A stretch of DNA of 64,000 bases from an uncultured delta proteobacterium (GCA_963843145.1 CAWJJC010000022.1:64001-128000); one strand, 5' to 3'; shown: positions 1-10,494, counted from the first letter of the stretch. Notes: a model not told the origin generated them from the sequence alone. Program-made: numbers and translations.

Positions 1-1304
1 GCCGCCTCCAAAATGGCTTCATGGGCTTCCAGGATATTTTCCACCTCCTTGGGATACACGTTCAGGCCCCCGGAGATGATCAGCTCTTTGGCCCGGCCTA
101 CTAAGAAAAGACGACCGGCGTCGGCCGGGTCCCGATAGCCCAGATCCCCGCTTTTAAACCAGCCGTCCTGAAAGGCTTCCGCCGTTTTCTCCGACTGCCA
201 CCAGTATCCCTTGAAGATATTATTTCCCCGGATTTGAACTTCCCCAACCTCCCCGGGAAGTACCTCATCCCCTTTGGAATCCGCAATACGCAGTTGAACG
301 CCGGCCAAAGGATATCCCACGCTTTTGGCTATCCTCTTTTTCGAGAGATAGGGGTTGGAGGCGATCATCCCCGCCTCGGTCATGCCGTAGCGTTCCAGGA
401 TGGTGTGGCCAGTCTGCTCCCGGAAGCGATTGAATAGGGGCTCGGACAAAGGGGCTGACCCGGAGATGAAGACCCGCAAGGATTTTATTTGGGGTTTTTC
501 GGGCAGTCGTTCCCAGGTCTGGCTCAATCGCTGATACATGGTGGGTACCCCCATGAAAAGGGTGCAGGATTCCTTTTCGAGGGTTTCCCAAACCTTCCGG
601 GGATCGAAACTTTCGAGCAGGATCAGCGAGGCCCCGGCCAGCAGACCACCGTGCAGGGCCACCACCAGTCCGTGGATATGAAACAGGGGCAGGGCATGCA
701 GGAGGATATCCCGGTCCGACCACTGCCAGGCCTGGTGCAACGCCTGCAGATTGCGGACCAGGTTGCCGTGGGTGATCATGGCCCCTTTGGAGCGGCCGGT
801 GGTACCGGAGGTGTAACAAAGGAGGGCGAGGTCCTCTTCTGAGGTGGGATAGGGGGGATCCGCGCCAACGGGGGTTTTGGCCAGCAGACCTTCATAAGAC
901 AGGCAGTTGGGGCATTCCCCGTCGATCGACAATACCGGGATGTCGGGAAATCCGATTAAACCATTCTTGAGTTCATCATATTTTTCTTGATAGGTGACCA
1001 GCAGATTGGTCTCAGAATCGAACAGGAAATAGGCGATCTCCTCCGGACGGTATCCAGGATTGAGGGGCAGGACCACCGCACCAAGGGCTAAGGCCGCCAG
1101 GTGGATTTCGATGAACTCCAGTCCCTTGGGCAGGAGGAGACCAACACGGTCCCCCTTAGCAATTCCTAAAGCTTGCAAGCAAACGGCCGAATGGCCGATT
1201 TGTTGTTGAAGATCGGCGTAGGATAAGTCCCGATGGCTGAAGTGAATGGCAATTTTGTCGCCGAGACCTAATCTGTTTTCTATCAGAGTTTGGGTCAGAT
1301 TCAT
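1..1304 (-). CDS. AMP-forming acyl-CoA synthetase (MatB/malonyl-CoA synthetase-like), runs off the left edge
   Basis: Manual translation from ATG at 1304: MNLTQTLIENR...LLCYTSGTTGRSKGAMITHGNL...GRAKELIISGGLNVYPKEVE. Both ends are in the same frame; absent from the ORF track, consistent with no stop inside the window. Confidence 0.9.
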   Translation of the reverse strand, partial: MNLTQTLIENRLGLGDKIAIHFSHRDLSYADLQQQIGHSAVCLQALGIAKGDRVGLLLPKGLEFIEIHLAALALGAVVLPLNPGYRPEEIAYFLFDSETNLLVTYQEKYDELKNGLIGFPDIPVLSIDGECPNCLSYEGLLAKTPVGADPPYPTSEEDLALLCYTSGTTGRSKGAMITHGNLVRNLQALHQAWQWSDRDILLHALPLFHIHGLVVALHGGLLAGASLILLESFDPRKVWETLEKESCTLFMGVPTMYQRLSQTWERLPEKPQIKSLRVFISGSAPLSEPLFNRFREQTGHTILERYGMTEAGMIASNPYLSKKRIAKSVGYPLAGVQLRIADSKGDEVLPGEVGEVQIRGNNIFKGYWWQSEKTAEAFQDGWFKSGDLGYRDPADAGRLFLVGRAKELIISGGLNVYPKEVENILEAHEAILEA

Positions 1305-1568
1305 GGTTCGCTACCGCTTAACCAGCTCCATCTTTCGATTGTTATCCCGACCGGTCTCCTGATCATTGGAACCCGCTGGGGTCAGAGTGGCCTATTATTT
1401 GTCCGCCGGGCATCGATCCCAAACCGTGGGACCAAAGGTTGGCCTACCGCTTAGGCGCGACGCCGGGATATTTTAATAGTATTCCAATTGTTTGATTTGT
1501 TCAAGCGTTCAAAATCTGCTATGAATATTTTAAATCAATTGCCTTACTCCGGCAAAGAAAGGCTGTCT

Positions 1569-2603
1569 ATGAATTCTTTAACCGAGCAAGTTCTGGACTT
1601 TGCCCGTTCCTGGGGGGCGGCCTTAGTCGGGGTGGCCACCGGGGAAACCCTGGCGGGCGGTCCGCCGTCGGTGGATCTCGAGTATGTCCTGCCCGGCGCC
1701 CGTTCGGCGGTGTCTATTGCCGTTCCGCTGAACACGGATTATATTAAAACGTATCTGGCCAAAGAAGACCGCCAGAGTCACGAGCAGGATAACTTTCGAG
1801 TCAACATGCAGGCTACCGGAATCGCCGCCTACCTGGCCCGCTACCTGGAGCAGAAAGGCCATCCCTCCAAAGGGGTGACCTCCAACGACGCCTACCGGGA
1901 TGACGTGCCGGGCGGCCGCCAGAGCAGGCTGCCGGACCTTTCCCACCGTTACCTGGCCGTTCGATCGGGCCTGGGCTGGTTCGGGTTCTCGGGAAACGTG
2001 ATCATCCCCCAATACGGGGCGGCAGTCATATTAGCGACCTGCGTCACCACAGTCGAGCTGGAGCCGACCAATCCTTTACCGGCCGCTGAAAACTACTGCG
2101 ACCGCTGCGGCCTATGCTTGGCCGCCTGCTGTTCGGCCCTGATGGACCCGAAAGAGGAAACCCGGGTAACCCTGGGAGGAATGGAATTTGCTTATGCCCA
2201 GCGAAGAAATTACCTGCGCTGCGAGCTGGTCTGCGGCGGGCCCACCGGGCTGCACCCGTCTGGGAAATGGTCCACCTGGTCACCGGGACGTTTCCTGATC
2301 CCCGAGGATGACCAGGCCTTTCGGGAAGTCATGATCAAAGGCCTGCGGGCTTACAACCGGCGTCCGCCTCTGGAGGGCGGATACCCGCATATCCTCATGC
2401 GGTCCAAGCTCTACCTGACCTGCGGCAACTGCCAGCTCCTCTGCCGGCCCGACCCGGCCGAACGGAAGGAATTGTATAAACTGCTGGCTATTTCAGGGTG
2501 CGTCATCCAACAGCCGGACGGGAGTCTGGAAAGGGTTTCTCCCGAGGAGGCGGAGGGCTATGTGGGGGCCTTGGATCAGGACCGGCAAAACCTTTATACC
2601 TAA
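1569..2603 (+). CDS. Epoxyqueuosine reductase (QueG)/reductive dehalogenase-superfamily 4Fe-4S protein
   Basis: GAALVGVA N-terminus, SHRYLAVRSGLGWFG, CDRCGLCLAAC and CGNCQLLC motifs. ATG 1569 preferred over the upstream TTG. Confidence 0.75.
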   Translation: MNSLTEQVLDFARSWGAALVGVATGETLAGGPPSVDLEYVLPGARSAVSIAVPLNTDYIKTYLAKEDRQSHEQDNFRVNMQATGIAAYLARYLEQKGHPSKGVTSNDAYRDDVPGGRQSRLPDLSHRYLAVRSGLGWFGFSGNVIIPQYGAAVILATCVTTVELEPTNPLPAAENYCDRCGLCLAACCSALMDPKEETRVTLGGMEFAYAQRRNYLRCELVCGGPTGLHPSGKWSTWSPGRFLIPEDDQAFREVMIKGLRAYNRRPPLEGGYPHILMRSKLYLTCGNCQLLCRPDPAERKELYKLLAISGCVIQQPDGSLERVSPEEAEGYVGALDQDRQNLYT

Positions 2604-2625
2604 CAATTTTTTGTAAGGGTTTGAG

Positions 2626-3302
2626 ATGCGTATCTTATTGGTAGAGGACGATGTCAAAATCGCCTCTTTTATAATGACGGGCTTAAAAGCCGCCGGCTAT
2701 GCCGTGGATCATGCCCTCGATGGAGAAATGGGCCTGGATCTGGCCTTAACCGAATCCTACGATACCGCGATTATTGATATTATGCTGCCCAAACGGGATG
2801 GGTTATCCCTCATCGAAACGATACGGAAGGAGAAGATCCGAACCCCGGTTATCATTTTGAGCGCCAAGGGGTCGATTGACGACCGGATAAAAGGGCTGCA
2901 GACCGGGGGCGATGACTATATTACCAAACCATTTGCTTTTTCCGAGCTTCTGGCCCGGGTTCAGGCCCTGATTCGCCGGGCCAGCGGACTTTCGGAACCA
3001 ACCCAATTGATCCTGAGTGACCTATCCATCAACCTGCTTACCCGAGAAGTAATTCGGGGGGGAGAAAAATCGACCTCCAACCGATCGAGTTTTCCTTGCT
3101 CGAATATTTGATGCGCAGTGCCGGTCGGGTCGTTTCCAAAACCATGATCATGGAACATGTCTGGAACTACAATTTTGATCCCCAGACCAATGTGGTCGAA
3201 GCCAGGATCTGCCGGTTAAGGGAGAAAATCGACCGGGATTTTGAACGAAAACTAATCCATACCCTTCGGGGGGTGGGCTATGTCCTTAAAGAAACGGATT
3301 AG
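2626..3302 (+). CDS. OmpR-family response regulator (CusR/CzcR-like), split by a 1-nt frameshift at about 3065-3069
   Basis: Receiver domain MRILLVEDD...DIMLP...KPF in 2626-3111; the winged-helix part (LEYLMR...TNVVEARICRLREKID...TLRGVGY) is in another frame, 3096-3302. Confidence 0.9.
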
Positions 3303-4698
3303 ACCTCGCCTCACCCTCGCCTTTCGCCTGACGCTCTGGTATGCCGGGATCTTCACCCTTTCGTCGGCTATCGCCTTTCTCTTGTTTTATACGCTCATCA
3401 ACTCTTTCCTGCGAGAGCAGACCGATCAGGAACTTTTAGGACAGGTTAATCGCTTCTCGACGCTTCTGGCCTCGGAAGGGGTCGAGGCCGTCCAAAACGC
3501 CGCCCTGATTGAAGCCCAGGCCGCCGGCGTTAAAAAGGTCTTCTTTCGTTTCCTTTCCATCGATGGACAGGTTTTTTCCTCTTCCAACATGGCCTACTGG
3601 AAAAATATCTATATTACCGAAGGGGCCATTCGGACCGTGCTTCGTGACGGGCGGCCGGTTTTGGAAACCATTACTATTCCCGACCACCCGGATCAAGTCC
3701 GGATCCTTTATGCCCGGATCTCTCCCGCCATCATTGCGCAGGTAGGGGAAACCATGGAGAGTCATTCCAGGTTTCTGGCGGCCTTTAAGGGGATCTTTAT
3801 CGGTACCATGACCTTGCTTATCCTGGTGGCTGCCGGACTGGGCTGGTTCATGGCCCGCCGGGCCGTCTCCGGGGTGGAAGCGGTGACGCAGACCGCCCGA
3901 AAGATATCTGCAGGCACGCTGGAAGAGCGGGTCCCGGTTAAAGGCGGGGGGGATGAAATCGATCAACTGGCCCTAACCTTTAATCAGATGCTGGACCGTA
4001 TTCAAACCCTGCTGACCGAAATCAAAGAAATGACCGACCACCTGGCGCATGATCTGCGCAGCCCCCTGACCCGGATCCGCGGGATCGCCGAAGTGACCCT
4101 CACCACCGCCAACTCCCTGAATGAATACCAGAGCATGGCCGCCAGCACCATCGAGGAGTGCGACCGCCTGCTCGACATGATCAATACCATGTTGCTGATT
4201 TCAAAAACCGAATCGGGCGTGGATACGTTCTCCTTCGAGGAGGTCGATCTAGCCGTCCTGGTGCGGGAAGCCTGGGAATTGTTTTCTCCCACGGCGGAAG
4301 ATAAAGGGGTGACCCTGCGCTGCAATCTGCCGGGGAGGGCCCTTCTGGCCGGAAATACTCGGATGATTCAACGTCTGCTCTCCAATCTTTTGGACAATGC
4401 CATCAAATATACCCCTGCCGGGGGATCCGTAACCGTTTCCCTGGAGGAAAAGAGGGAACAACAGGTGATCTCGGTAAAGGACACCGGTATCGGTATATCC
4501 CCCAGCGAGCTTCCCCACATTTTTGAACGATTCTATCGCTGCGACCGGAGCCGGTCCCAGGTAGGCATCGGGTTGGGCTTGAGCCTGGCCCGGGCCTTTG
4601 CCCGAGCCCACAACGGAGAACTTACCGCCACCAGCCAAATGAATCAAGGAAGTACTTTTAGGGTTACCCTCCCCAAGTTTCGAACTTCCCCATCCTGA
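3280..4698 (+). CDS. Sensor histidine kinase (TM-HAMP-HisKA-HATPase), heavy-metal sensor type
   Basis: AHDLRSPL H-box, NLLDNAIKY N-box, DTGIGI, GLGLSL, two TM segments. Confidence 0.93.
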   Translation: MSLKKRIRPRLTLAFRLTLWYAGIFTLSSAIAFLLFYTLINSFLREQTDQELLGQVNRFSTLLASEGVEAVQNAALIEAQAAGVKKVFFRFLSIDGQVFSSSNMAYWKNIYITEGAIRTVLRDGRPVLETITIPDHPDQVRILYARISPAIIAQVGETMESHSRFLAAFKGIFIGTMTLLILVAAGLGWFMARRAVSGVEAVTQTARKISAGTLEERVPVKGGGDEIDQLALTFNQMLDRIQTLLTEIKEMTDHLAHDLRSPLTRIRGIAEVTLTTANSLNEYQSMAASTIEECDRLLDMINTMLLISKTESGVDTFSFEEVDLAVLVREAWELFSPTAEDKGVTLRCNLPGRALLAGNTRMIQRLLSNLLDNAIKYTPAGGSVTVSLEEKREQQVISVKDTGIGISPSELPHIFERFYRCDRSRSQVGIGLGLSLARAFARAHNGELTATSQMNQGSTFRVTLPKFRTSPS

Positions 4699-4715
4699 TC
4701 ACCCGCACTCCCAAC

Positions 4716-4761
4716 ATTACCAACTTGTAATCTTCCGGTCAGCTTCCGGTCAGCTTCCGGG
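4716..4761 (+). promoter_or_regulatory. Putative OmpR-family operator upstream of htrA
   Basis: Imperfect palindrome ATTACCAACTTGTAAT (4716-4731) followed by 11-bp direct repeats CTTCCGGTCAG x2 plus CTTCCGGG. Confidence 0.55.
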
Positions 4762-4829
4762 CTTATCATTCAGTCAAGAGAAAAGGCTGGAGGCAGCCGA
4801 AAATCCACCATTCAAATGAGGAGAAAAAC

Positions 4830-6293
4830 ATGGAACAGAAAAAAAGGATCAAAACATTATTTATCGCCCTGATCCTGTTCGGGGCACTGCTGGGAGTCGG
4901 GCTGGGGGTACCCGCCGCGGTCAGGCACTCTGAGACGGCGGGGTCGGCCAGCCCGGTCCTTTCCGAGACCCCCATGGTCCCGGCAAACTTCAGTGAGCTG
5001 GCGGAAAAGGTTCGTCCGGGGGTGGTCAATATCCAGGTGGTTAAGAAAATAAAGAACGTGGGCCTGGGATTCCCCAATTTCCCCGGCCATCCCGATGGGG
5101 ACAGGAACCCCTTCGGGGATTTCTTTGGACCTTTTTCTCAGGGGAATCAGCCCAGGAGCTTTGAACAGCAGGGTGTCGGGTCCGGCGTGGTCATCAGCCG
5201 AGACGGGTATATCCTGACCAACAACCACGTGGTTGAAGAGGCCGACCAGATCAAAGTAAAGCTCAGCAACGGAAAGGAATACCGTGGCAAGGTCGTGGGA
5301 CGGGATCCCAAGACCGACCTGGCCCTGCTCAAGATTGAAGGGGCCTCGGAACTTCAGCCCCTCAAGCTGGGCAATTCTGAAGAAATGAAGGTGGGCAGTT
5401 GGGTAGTGGCCGTCGGGAGTCCTTTCGGACTGGAACAGACCGTTACGGCGGGCATTATCAGCGCCAAGGGAAGAATAATCGGCTCCGGCCCCTATGATAA
5501 CTTTATTCAAACGGACGCCTCCATCAATCCCGGGAACAGCGGCGGTCCCCTGATCAACATGAAGGGCGAAGTGGTCGGCATCAACACGGCCATTATGGCC
5601 CAAGGCCAGGGGATCGGCTTTGCCATCCCGATCAACATGGCCAAACAGGTGGAGGTGCAACTCCAGAATAAGGGCCATGTCACCCGAGGCTGGCTGGGGG
5701 TGACCATTCAGGAAGTGACCCCGGAACTGGCCAAGTCGTTTGGTCTCAAGGACAATAAGGGAGCCCTGGTGGCCCAGGTAGGTCCGGGCAGTCCGGCCGA
5801 AAAGGCCGGGATCGAGCAGGGGGATATCATCTTGACCTTCGACGGTCAGGCGATCTCGGATTCGAAAGACCTCCCTCGGATCGTAGCCTCAACCGCGGTG
5901 GGTAAAACGGTCACGGTGAAGCTTTTCCGAGAGGGAAAAGAGATGGACCGTTCGTTGAAAGTGGGAGAATTGGAAGAAAAAGTCGATCGGGAAAAGGCAG
6001 GCGCTTCCCATAAAACGCTGGGTGCTTCGGTTCAGGATCTGACCCCTGATATCGCTCAGGGACTCGGCTTAAAGAAGTCCGGAGGGGTAGTGGTGGCTCA
6101 GGTGGAACCCGGGAGTCCGGCCGATGAGGCGGGTCTTCAAAACGGGGATGTCATCCGAGAGGTCAACCGGAAACCGGTCAAGAATACCGATGATTTTGTC
6201 CAGAAGCTGGAAAAAGCCCAGGGTCAGGGTACCCTTCTGCTCTCCATCCAGAGAGGGGAAAACCATCTTTTTGCGGCCGTAAAACTAAAGTAG
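4830..6293 (+). CDS. degP: DegP/DegQ (HtrA) serine endoprotease with two PDZ domains
   Basis: TNNHVV, DLALLK, QTDASINPGNSGGPL, PDZ-like GWLGV; N-terminal signal/TM. Confidence 0.93.
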   Translation: MEQKKRIKTLFIALILFGALLGVGLGVPAAVRHSETAGSASPVLSETPMVPANFSELAEKVRPGVVNIQVVKKIKNVGLGFPNFPGHPDGDRNPFGDFFGPFSQGNQPRSFEQQGVGSGVVISRDGYILTNNHVVEEADQIKVKLSNGKEYRGKVVGRDPKTDLALLKIEGASELQPLKLGNSEEMKVGSWVVAVGSPFGLEQTVTAGIISAKGRIIGSGPYDNFIQTDASINPGNSGGPLINMKGEVVGINTAIMAQGQGIGFAIPINMAKQVEVQLQNKGHVTRGWLGVTIQEVTPELAKSFGLKDNKGALVAQVGPGSPAEKAGIEQGDIILTFDGQAISDSKDLPRIVASTAVGKTVTVKLFREGKEMDRSLKVGELEEKVDREKAGASHKTLGASVQDLTPDIAQGLGLKKSGGVVVAQVEPGSPADEAGLQNGDVIREVNRKPVKNTDDFVQKLEKAQGQGTLLLSIQRGENHLFAAVKLK

Positions 6294-6418
6294 TTAGGAT
6301 ACACGCCCGATCGGGGACGCAGCCAAGGTTTCCTCGATCGGGCGGCTTTTCCCCCCTCCTGCCAAAATCACCTTCTTAATTAAATCAATCCCAACCGGCA
6401 ATAGTCTAGCCAAAGACA

Positions 6419-6470
6419 TTTGAATTTCGAAACTCGAAACAAATTCAAACGGGCTCGTTTCGAATTTAGG
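6419..6470. repeat. Short intergenic palindromic repeat (TTCGAAA-type)
   Basis: TTTGAATTT...AAATTCAAA inverted arms with CGAAAC units. Confidence 0.4.
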
Positions 6471-6648
6471 GATCCTATTACCCGGGCACCTCGTTTCGAT
6501 TGCCCGGCCGGAATAACCGGAGTAGCCAGGTTCCGGCTTTACTAAGTTTCTGGGTAAAGGTAAAATGGCTGAGTGAAAAATTTTTCCCCTACCTAGGCGA
6601 ATTATGGACCAGTCTGAAAGCGACGGGGGGCGATGATTCGATACAACC

Positions 6649-7251
6649 ATGTCTTTTATACCCAACATTGAACACTTTCCCTATATAGGGCTGTTTATTC
6701 TCCTCCTCCTGGGAGGTGTTGGGTTTCCTATTCCGGAAGACACCACACTAATCCTTTGTGGATTTTTGATCGCCACCTTAGTGATAGAACCTATCCCCGG
6801 AGTGCTCACCGTCTATGCCGGCCTTTTGCTCTCCGATTTGTCCCTTCATTTTATTGGCCGAAAATATGGCCGCCAAAGCGTATCCCATAAACGTTTCAGC
6901 AAATGGATTTCTGCCGAAAGGCTGTCCCTGCTCGAGGAAAAGTTTAATCGTCGGGGTGTAGTGATCATCCTGCTGGGAAGGCACCTGGTTGGACTTCGGG
7001 CTAAAATTTTTTTGGTGTCGGGCGTCTTGCGAATGCCGACGTTAAAATTTTTATTGGCCGATGGAGTATCTTCCCTCTTCACCATGGGGATCATGGTCGG
7101 GGCCGGTTACCTGGGAGGAAACAGTCTGCGGATCCTGAGACGGGGCGTAACCCGCCTGGAACATGTAGGGATCCTGCTTCTGGTGGTTGCCTTGGCTGTT
7201 TTTCTAGCCTACAACTATTTCAATACATTGAAGAAAGGGAACCGGCTGTGA
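6649..7251 (+). CDS. DedA family membrane protein
   Basis: GFPIPED, GRKYG and GRHLVGLR motifs. Confidence 0.9.
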   Translation: MSFIPNIEHFPYIGLFILLLLGGVGFPIPEDTTLILCGFLIATLVIEPIPGVLTVYAGLLLSDLSLHFIGRKYGRQSVSHKRFSKWISAERLSLLEEKFNRRGVVIILLGRHLVGLRAKIFLVSGVLRMPTLKFLLADGVSSLFTMGIMVGAGYLGGNSLRILRRGVTRLEHVGILLLVVALAVFLAYNYFNTLKKGNRL

Positions 7252-9770
7252 ATCAAACCCCCGGCGACTTTTGGAGCCTTCCCGCCGATCAATTGTTGCA
7301 GCAACTGGAGACAACCCCGGTGGGCCTCAAGGAGGCCGAAGCCCGGCAACGATTGCAGCGCTATGGACCCAACCTCCTTAAACTGGCCAGAAGATCCGAC
7401 ACCCTGACCCTTTTCTTGGGTCAATTCAAGAGCCCGATCATCTTGATTCTGATCTTTGCCGCCGGGTTATCCCTCGTACTTAAGGACTCGGTCGATGCCT
7501 TGATCATCCTGAGCATTGTGCTGGTCAGCGGCCTCCTGGGATATTGGCAGGAACGGGGGGCCTCTAAGGCGATCAAGGAATTATTGGCGTTGGTCCAAAT
7601 AAAGGCCATGGTCTTGCGTGACGGGGATCCCAGGGAACTTCCGGTCGAAGAGCTCGTTCCCGGGGATATCATCCAACTGACAGCCGGAGATGTCATACCC
7701 GGAGATGGAGTGCTTCTTCAATCCAAAGATCTATTTGTGGATGAGGCCACCTTGACCGGAGAAACCTATCCGGTGGAAAAAATGGCCGCGGTGCTGGCAC
7801 CCGAAACCCCGCTGGCTAAAAGGACCAACACCCTTTTTATGGGAACCCATGTGGTCAGCGGCAGCGCCCGGGCCCTGATAGTCCGAACCGGAATCGAAAC
7901 CGAATTCGGACGGGTTTCCGAACGGCTGAAACTCCGACCTCCCGAAACCGAGTTCGAACGCGGTGTCAGGCGTTTCGGCTACCTGCTCATGGAAGTGACC
8001 TTGATCCTGGTGATCGCCATCTTTGGTATTAATGTTTATCTGGCCCGGCCGGTGCTGGAGGCCTTCCTTTTTTCCATGGCCTTGGCCGTGGGGTTAACGC
8101 CCCAGCTTCTGCCGGCGATTATCAGCATCAATCTGGCCCATGGCGCCAAAAAGATGGCCCAGGCCAAGGTGATCGTTAAGCGCTTATCCTCGATTGAAAA
8201 TTTCGGCAGCATGAACGTCCTTTGTTCTGATAAGACCGGTACGTTGACCGAGGGGTTGGTCAAGGTCCACTCGGCCCTGGATTGTGAGGGCCGGGATAAC
8301 GAAAAGGCCCTCTTCTACGCCTTTCTGAATGCCTATTACGAAACCGGCTTTACCAATCCTATTGACCAGGCCATCTGTGCTTTCCGCACCTTTGACCTGT
8401 CCGGCTTTCAAAAACTCGATGAGATACCTTATGATTTTATTCGTAAGCGATTGAGTATCCTGGTTTCCCACGGCGAAAACCATCTGATCATTGCCAAGGG
8501 AGCTCTATCCAATATCCTGTCCGTTTGTTCCCGAGCGGAGACCTCCAGCGGGACCCTGGTGGAACTGAGCCAGGTTCGGGAGCAGATCGACCTTCACTTC
8601 AAAGAGTTCAGCAGTCAAGGCTTCCGTATGCTCGGGGTGGCCTATCGAGAAGTGAAGCCCGAGCTGGTTTTGACCAAAGACTTGGAAAGGGATTTGATAT
8701 TTCTGGGATTCCTGGTCCTCTTCGACCCGCCCAAGAGCGGCATTGTGGAGACGATTCATCAGCTCAAGAGTCTGGGCGTCTCACTCAAAATTATTACCGG
8801 GGATAACCGCCTGGTAGCGGCTACGATCGGTCAGGAGATGGGCCTTTCGAATCTTAACCTGATTACCGGCCCCGAAATTCAAAAGACCAGTGGCCGGGCC
8901 TTGCTGCAAAAGGTCAATACGGTAGATATCTTTGCCGAGGTAGAACCCAACCAGAAAGAGCGTGTTATCCTGGCTCTGAGAAAAGCGGGGAATGTCGTCG
9001 GTTACATGGGGGATGGCATTAATGACGTCTCGGCTCTGCACGCGGCCGATGTGGCTATCTCCGTGGAGCAAGCCGTGGATGTAGCCAAAGAGGCGGCGGA
9101 TATCGTTCTGCTGGAAAAGGACCTAAAGGTCCTGGCCCAGGGCATCGCCGAAGGACGGAGGACCTTCGCCAATACCCTCAAGTATGTCTTCATGGCCACC
9201 AGCGCCAACTTTGGCAATATGTTCAGTATGGCCGGGGCCTCCCTCTTTTTGCCCTTTCTGCCGCTGCTCCCCAAGCAGATCCTGCTGACCAATCTGCTGA
9301 CCGATTTTCCGGAGTTGACCATTGCCACCGACCGCGTGGACCCGGAAATGGTCGAAAAACCTCGCCGCTGGAATATCCGCTTCATCCGCAATTTTATGAT
9401 CACTTTCGGCTTGATCAGTTCGATCTTTGACTATTTAACTTTTGGCGTGCTCATTTTTTTCCTGAAGGCCCAACCCGAACAGTTTCGGATCGGCTGGTTT
9501 ATTGAATCCGTCATTTCGGCCTCTCTGATCGTCCTGGTAATACGCACGCGCCAGCCTTTTTTTAAGAGCCGGCCCAGTAAATATCTAGCGTTGGCCACCT
9601 TGCTGGTAACCGGGGTAACCCTGCTTTTTCCTTTTACTCCCCTGGGGGAGCTGTTTGATTTCAAGCCGCTGCCCTTCTATTTTCTCCTGTTATTGGCCGT
9701 TATTATGGGGATGTATATTGTTACTGCCGAAGCGGCAAAAAGGATCTTTTACCGGAAAATGAAATTTTGA
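7248..9770 (+). CDS. mgtA: Magnesium-translocating P-type ATPase
   Basis: DKTGTLT, TGET, GDGIND, AVGLTPQLLP, SANFGNMFS. Confidence 0.9.
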   Translation: MNQTPGDFWSLPADQLLQQLETTPVGLKEAEARQRLQRYGPNLLKLARRSDTLTLFLGQFKSPIILILIFAAGLSLVLKDSVDALIILSIVLVSGLLGYWQERGASKAIKELLALVQIKAMVLRDGDPRELPVEELVPGDIIQLTAGDVIPGDGVLLQSKDLFVDEATLTGETYPVEKMAAVLAPETPLAKRTNTLFMGTHVVSGSARALIVRTGIETEFGRVSERLKLRPPETEFERGVRRFGYLLMEVTLILVIAIFGINVYLARPVLEAFLFSMALAVGLTPQLLPAIISINLAHGAKKMAQAKVIVKRLSSIENFGSMNVLCSDKTGTLTEGLVKVHSALDCEGRDNEKALFYAFLNAYYETGFTNPIDQAICAFRTFDLSGFQKLDEIPYDFIRKRLSILVSHGENHLIIAKGALSNILSVCSRAETSSGTLVELSQVREQIDLHFKEFSSQGFRMLGVAYREVKPELVLTKDLERDLIFLGFLVLFDPPKSGIVETIHQLKSLGVSLKIITGDNRLVAATIGQEMGLSNLNLITGPEIQKTSGRALLQKVNTVDIFAEVEPNQKERVILALRKAGNVVGYMGDGINDVSALHAADVAISVEQAVDVAKEAADIVLLEKDLKVLAQGIAEGRRTFANTLKYVFMATSANFGNMFSMAGASLFLPFLPLLPKQILLTNLLTDFPELTIATDRVDPEMVEKPRRWNIRFIRNFMITFGLISSIFDYLTFGVLIFFLKAQPEQFRIGWFIESVISASLIVLVIRTRQPFFKSRPSKYLALATLLVTGVTLLFPFTPLGELFDFKPLPFYFLLLLAVIMGMYIVTAEAAKRIFYRKMKF

Positions 9771-9771
9771 T

Positions 9772-10494
9772 ATGCGTCCAGTCCCTGCGGAAAAAATTGT
9801 CGAACGGCATGATCTCCGGAATCAAGTCCGGGTTTTTCGAAACCGGGATCACGCCGGCCGGGTGCTGGCCGGTATGCTGGAAAAATTTAAGGGGACCGAT
9901 TCCCTGGTCCTGACGATTCCCTCGGGCGGGGTCCCGGTGGGGGTGGCCATTGCCGAAGAATTGAACCTGCCCCTGGAGGCCGCCGTGGTCAGCAAGATTA
10001 CCCTGCCCTGGAACACGGAGGCCGGGTATGGAGCCGTGGCCTTCGACGGTACGGTGCGGATCAATGAGGACTTGCTGCCTCATCTGCGGTTGAGCGAACA
10101 GCAGATCGCCGAGGGGGTCGAGAAGACCTGGCAGAAAGTGCAACGGCGGGTCAGGAGATTTCTGGGGGGACGGCCTTTCCCCGATCTCACCCATAAAACC
10201 ATTATCCTGGTGGACGACGGCTTGGCCTCCGGGTTCACCTTGCTAGTGTCGATAGAGGCTATTCGCCGCCTGGGGTCCGGGGAGATCATCATCGCCGTAC
10301 CGACCGGCAGCGCCGACCGGTTGCGCCAGGTGGCGCGGGAGGTGGATAGCCTCTACTGCGCCAATATCCGCGAAGGCTGGGGGTTTGCCGTGGCCGAGGC
10401 TTATCGGCGGTGGGTTGACCTGGAGGAAGAGGAGGCCGTACGGCTATTCAAGGATTATCAGGTCCGCTTTGAGAAGGCCCCTATCCCCATTTGA
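9772..10494 (+). CDS. Phosphoribosyltransferase family protein
   Basis: FRNRDHAG, IILVDDGLASGFT PRPP-binding motif. Confidence 0.88.
   Translation: MRPVPAEKIVERHDLRNQVRVFRNRDHAGRVLAGMLEKFKGTDSLVLTIPSGGVPVGVAIAEELNLPLEAAVVSKITLPWNTEAGYGAVAFDGTVRINEDLLPHLRLSEQQIAEGVEKTWQKVQRRVRRFLGGRPFPDLTHKTIILVDDGLASGFTLLVSIEAIRRLGSGEIIIAVPTGSADRLRQVAREVDSLYCANIREGWGFAVAEAYRRWVDLEEEEAVRLFKDYQVRFEKAPIPI

Noticed and set aside
101-842. Short tracked ORFs at the left edge
   Set aside because: They are shadows of the intact minus-strand acyl-CoA synthetase that runs off the window.
6294-6688. ORFs 6294-6668 and 6500-6688
   Set aside because: No motifs; they span a repeat-containing intergenic region.
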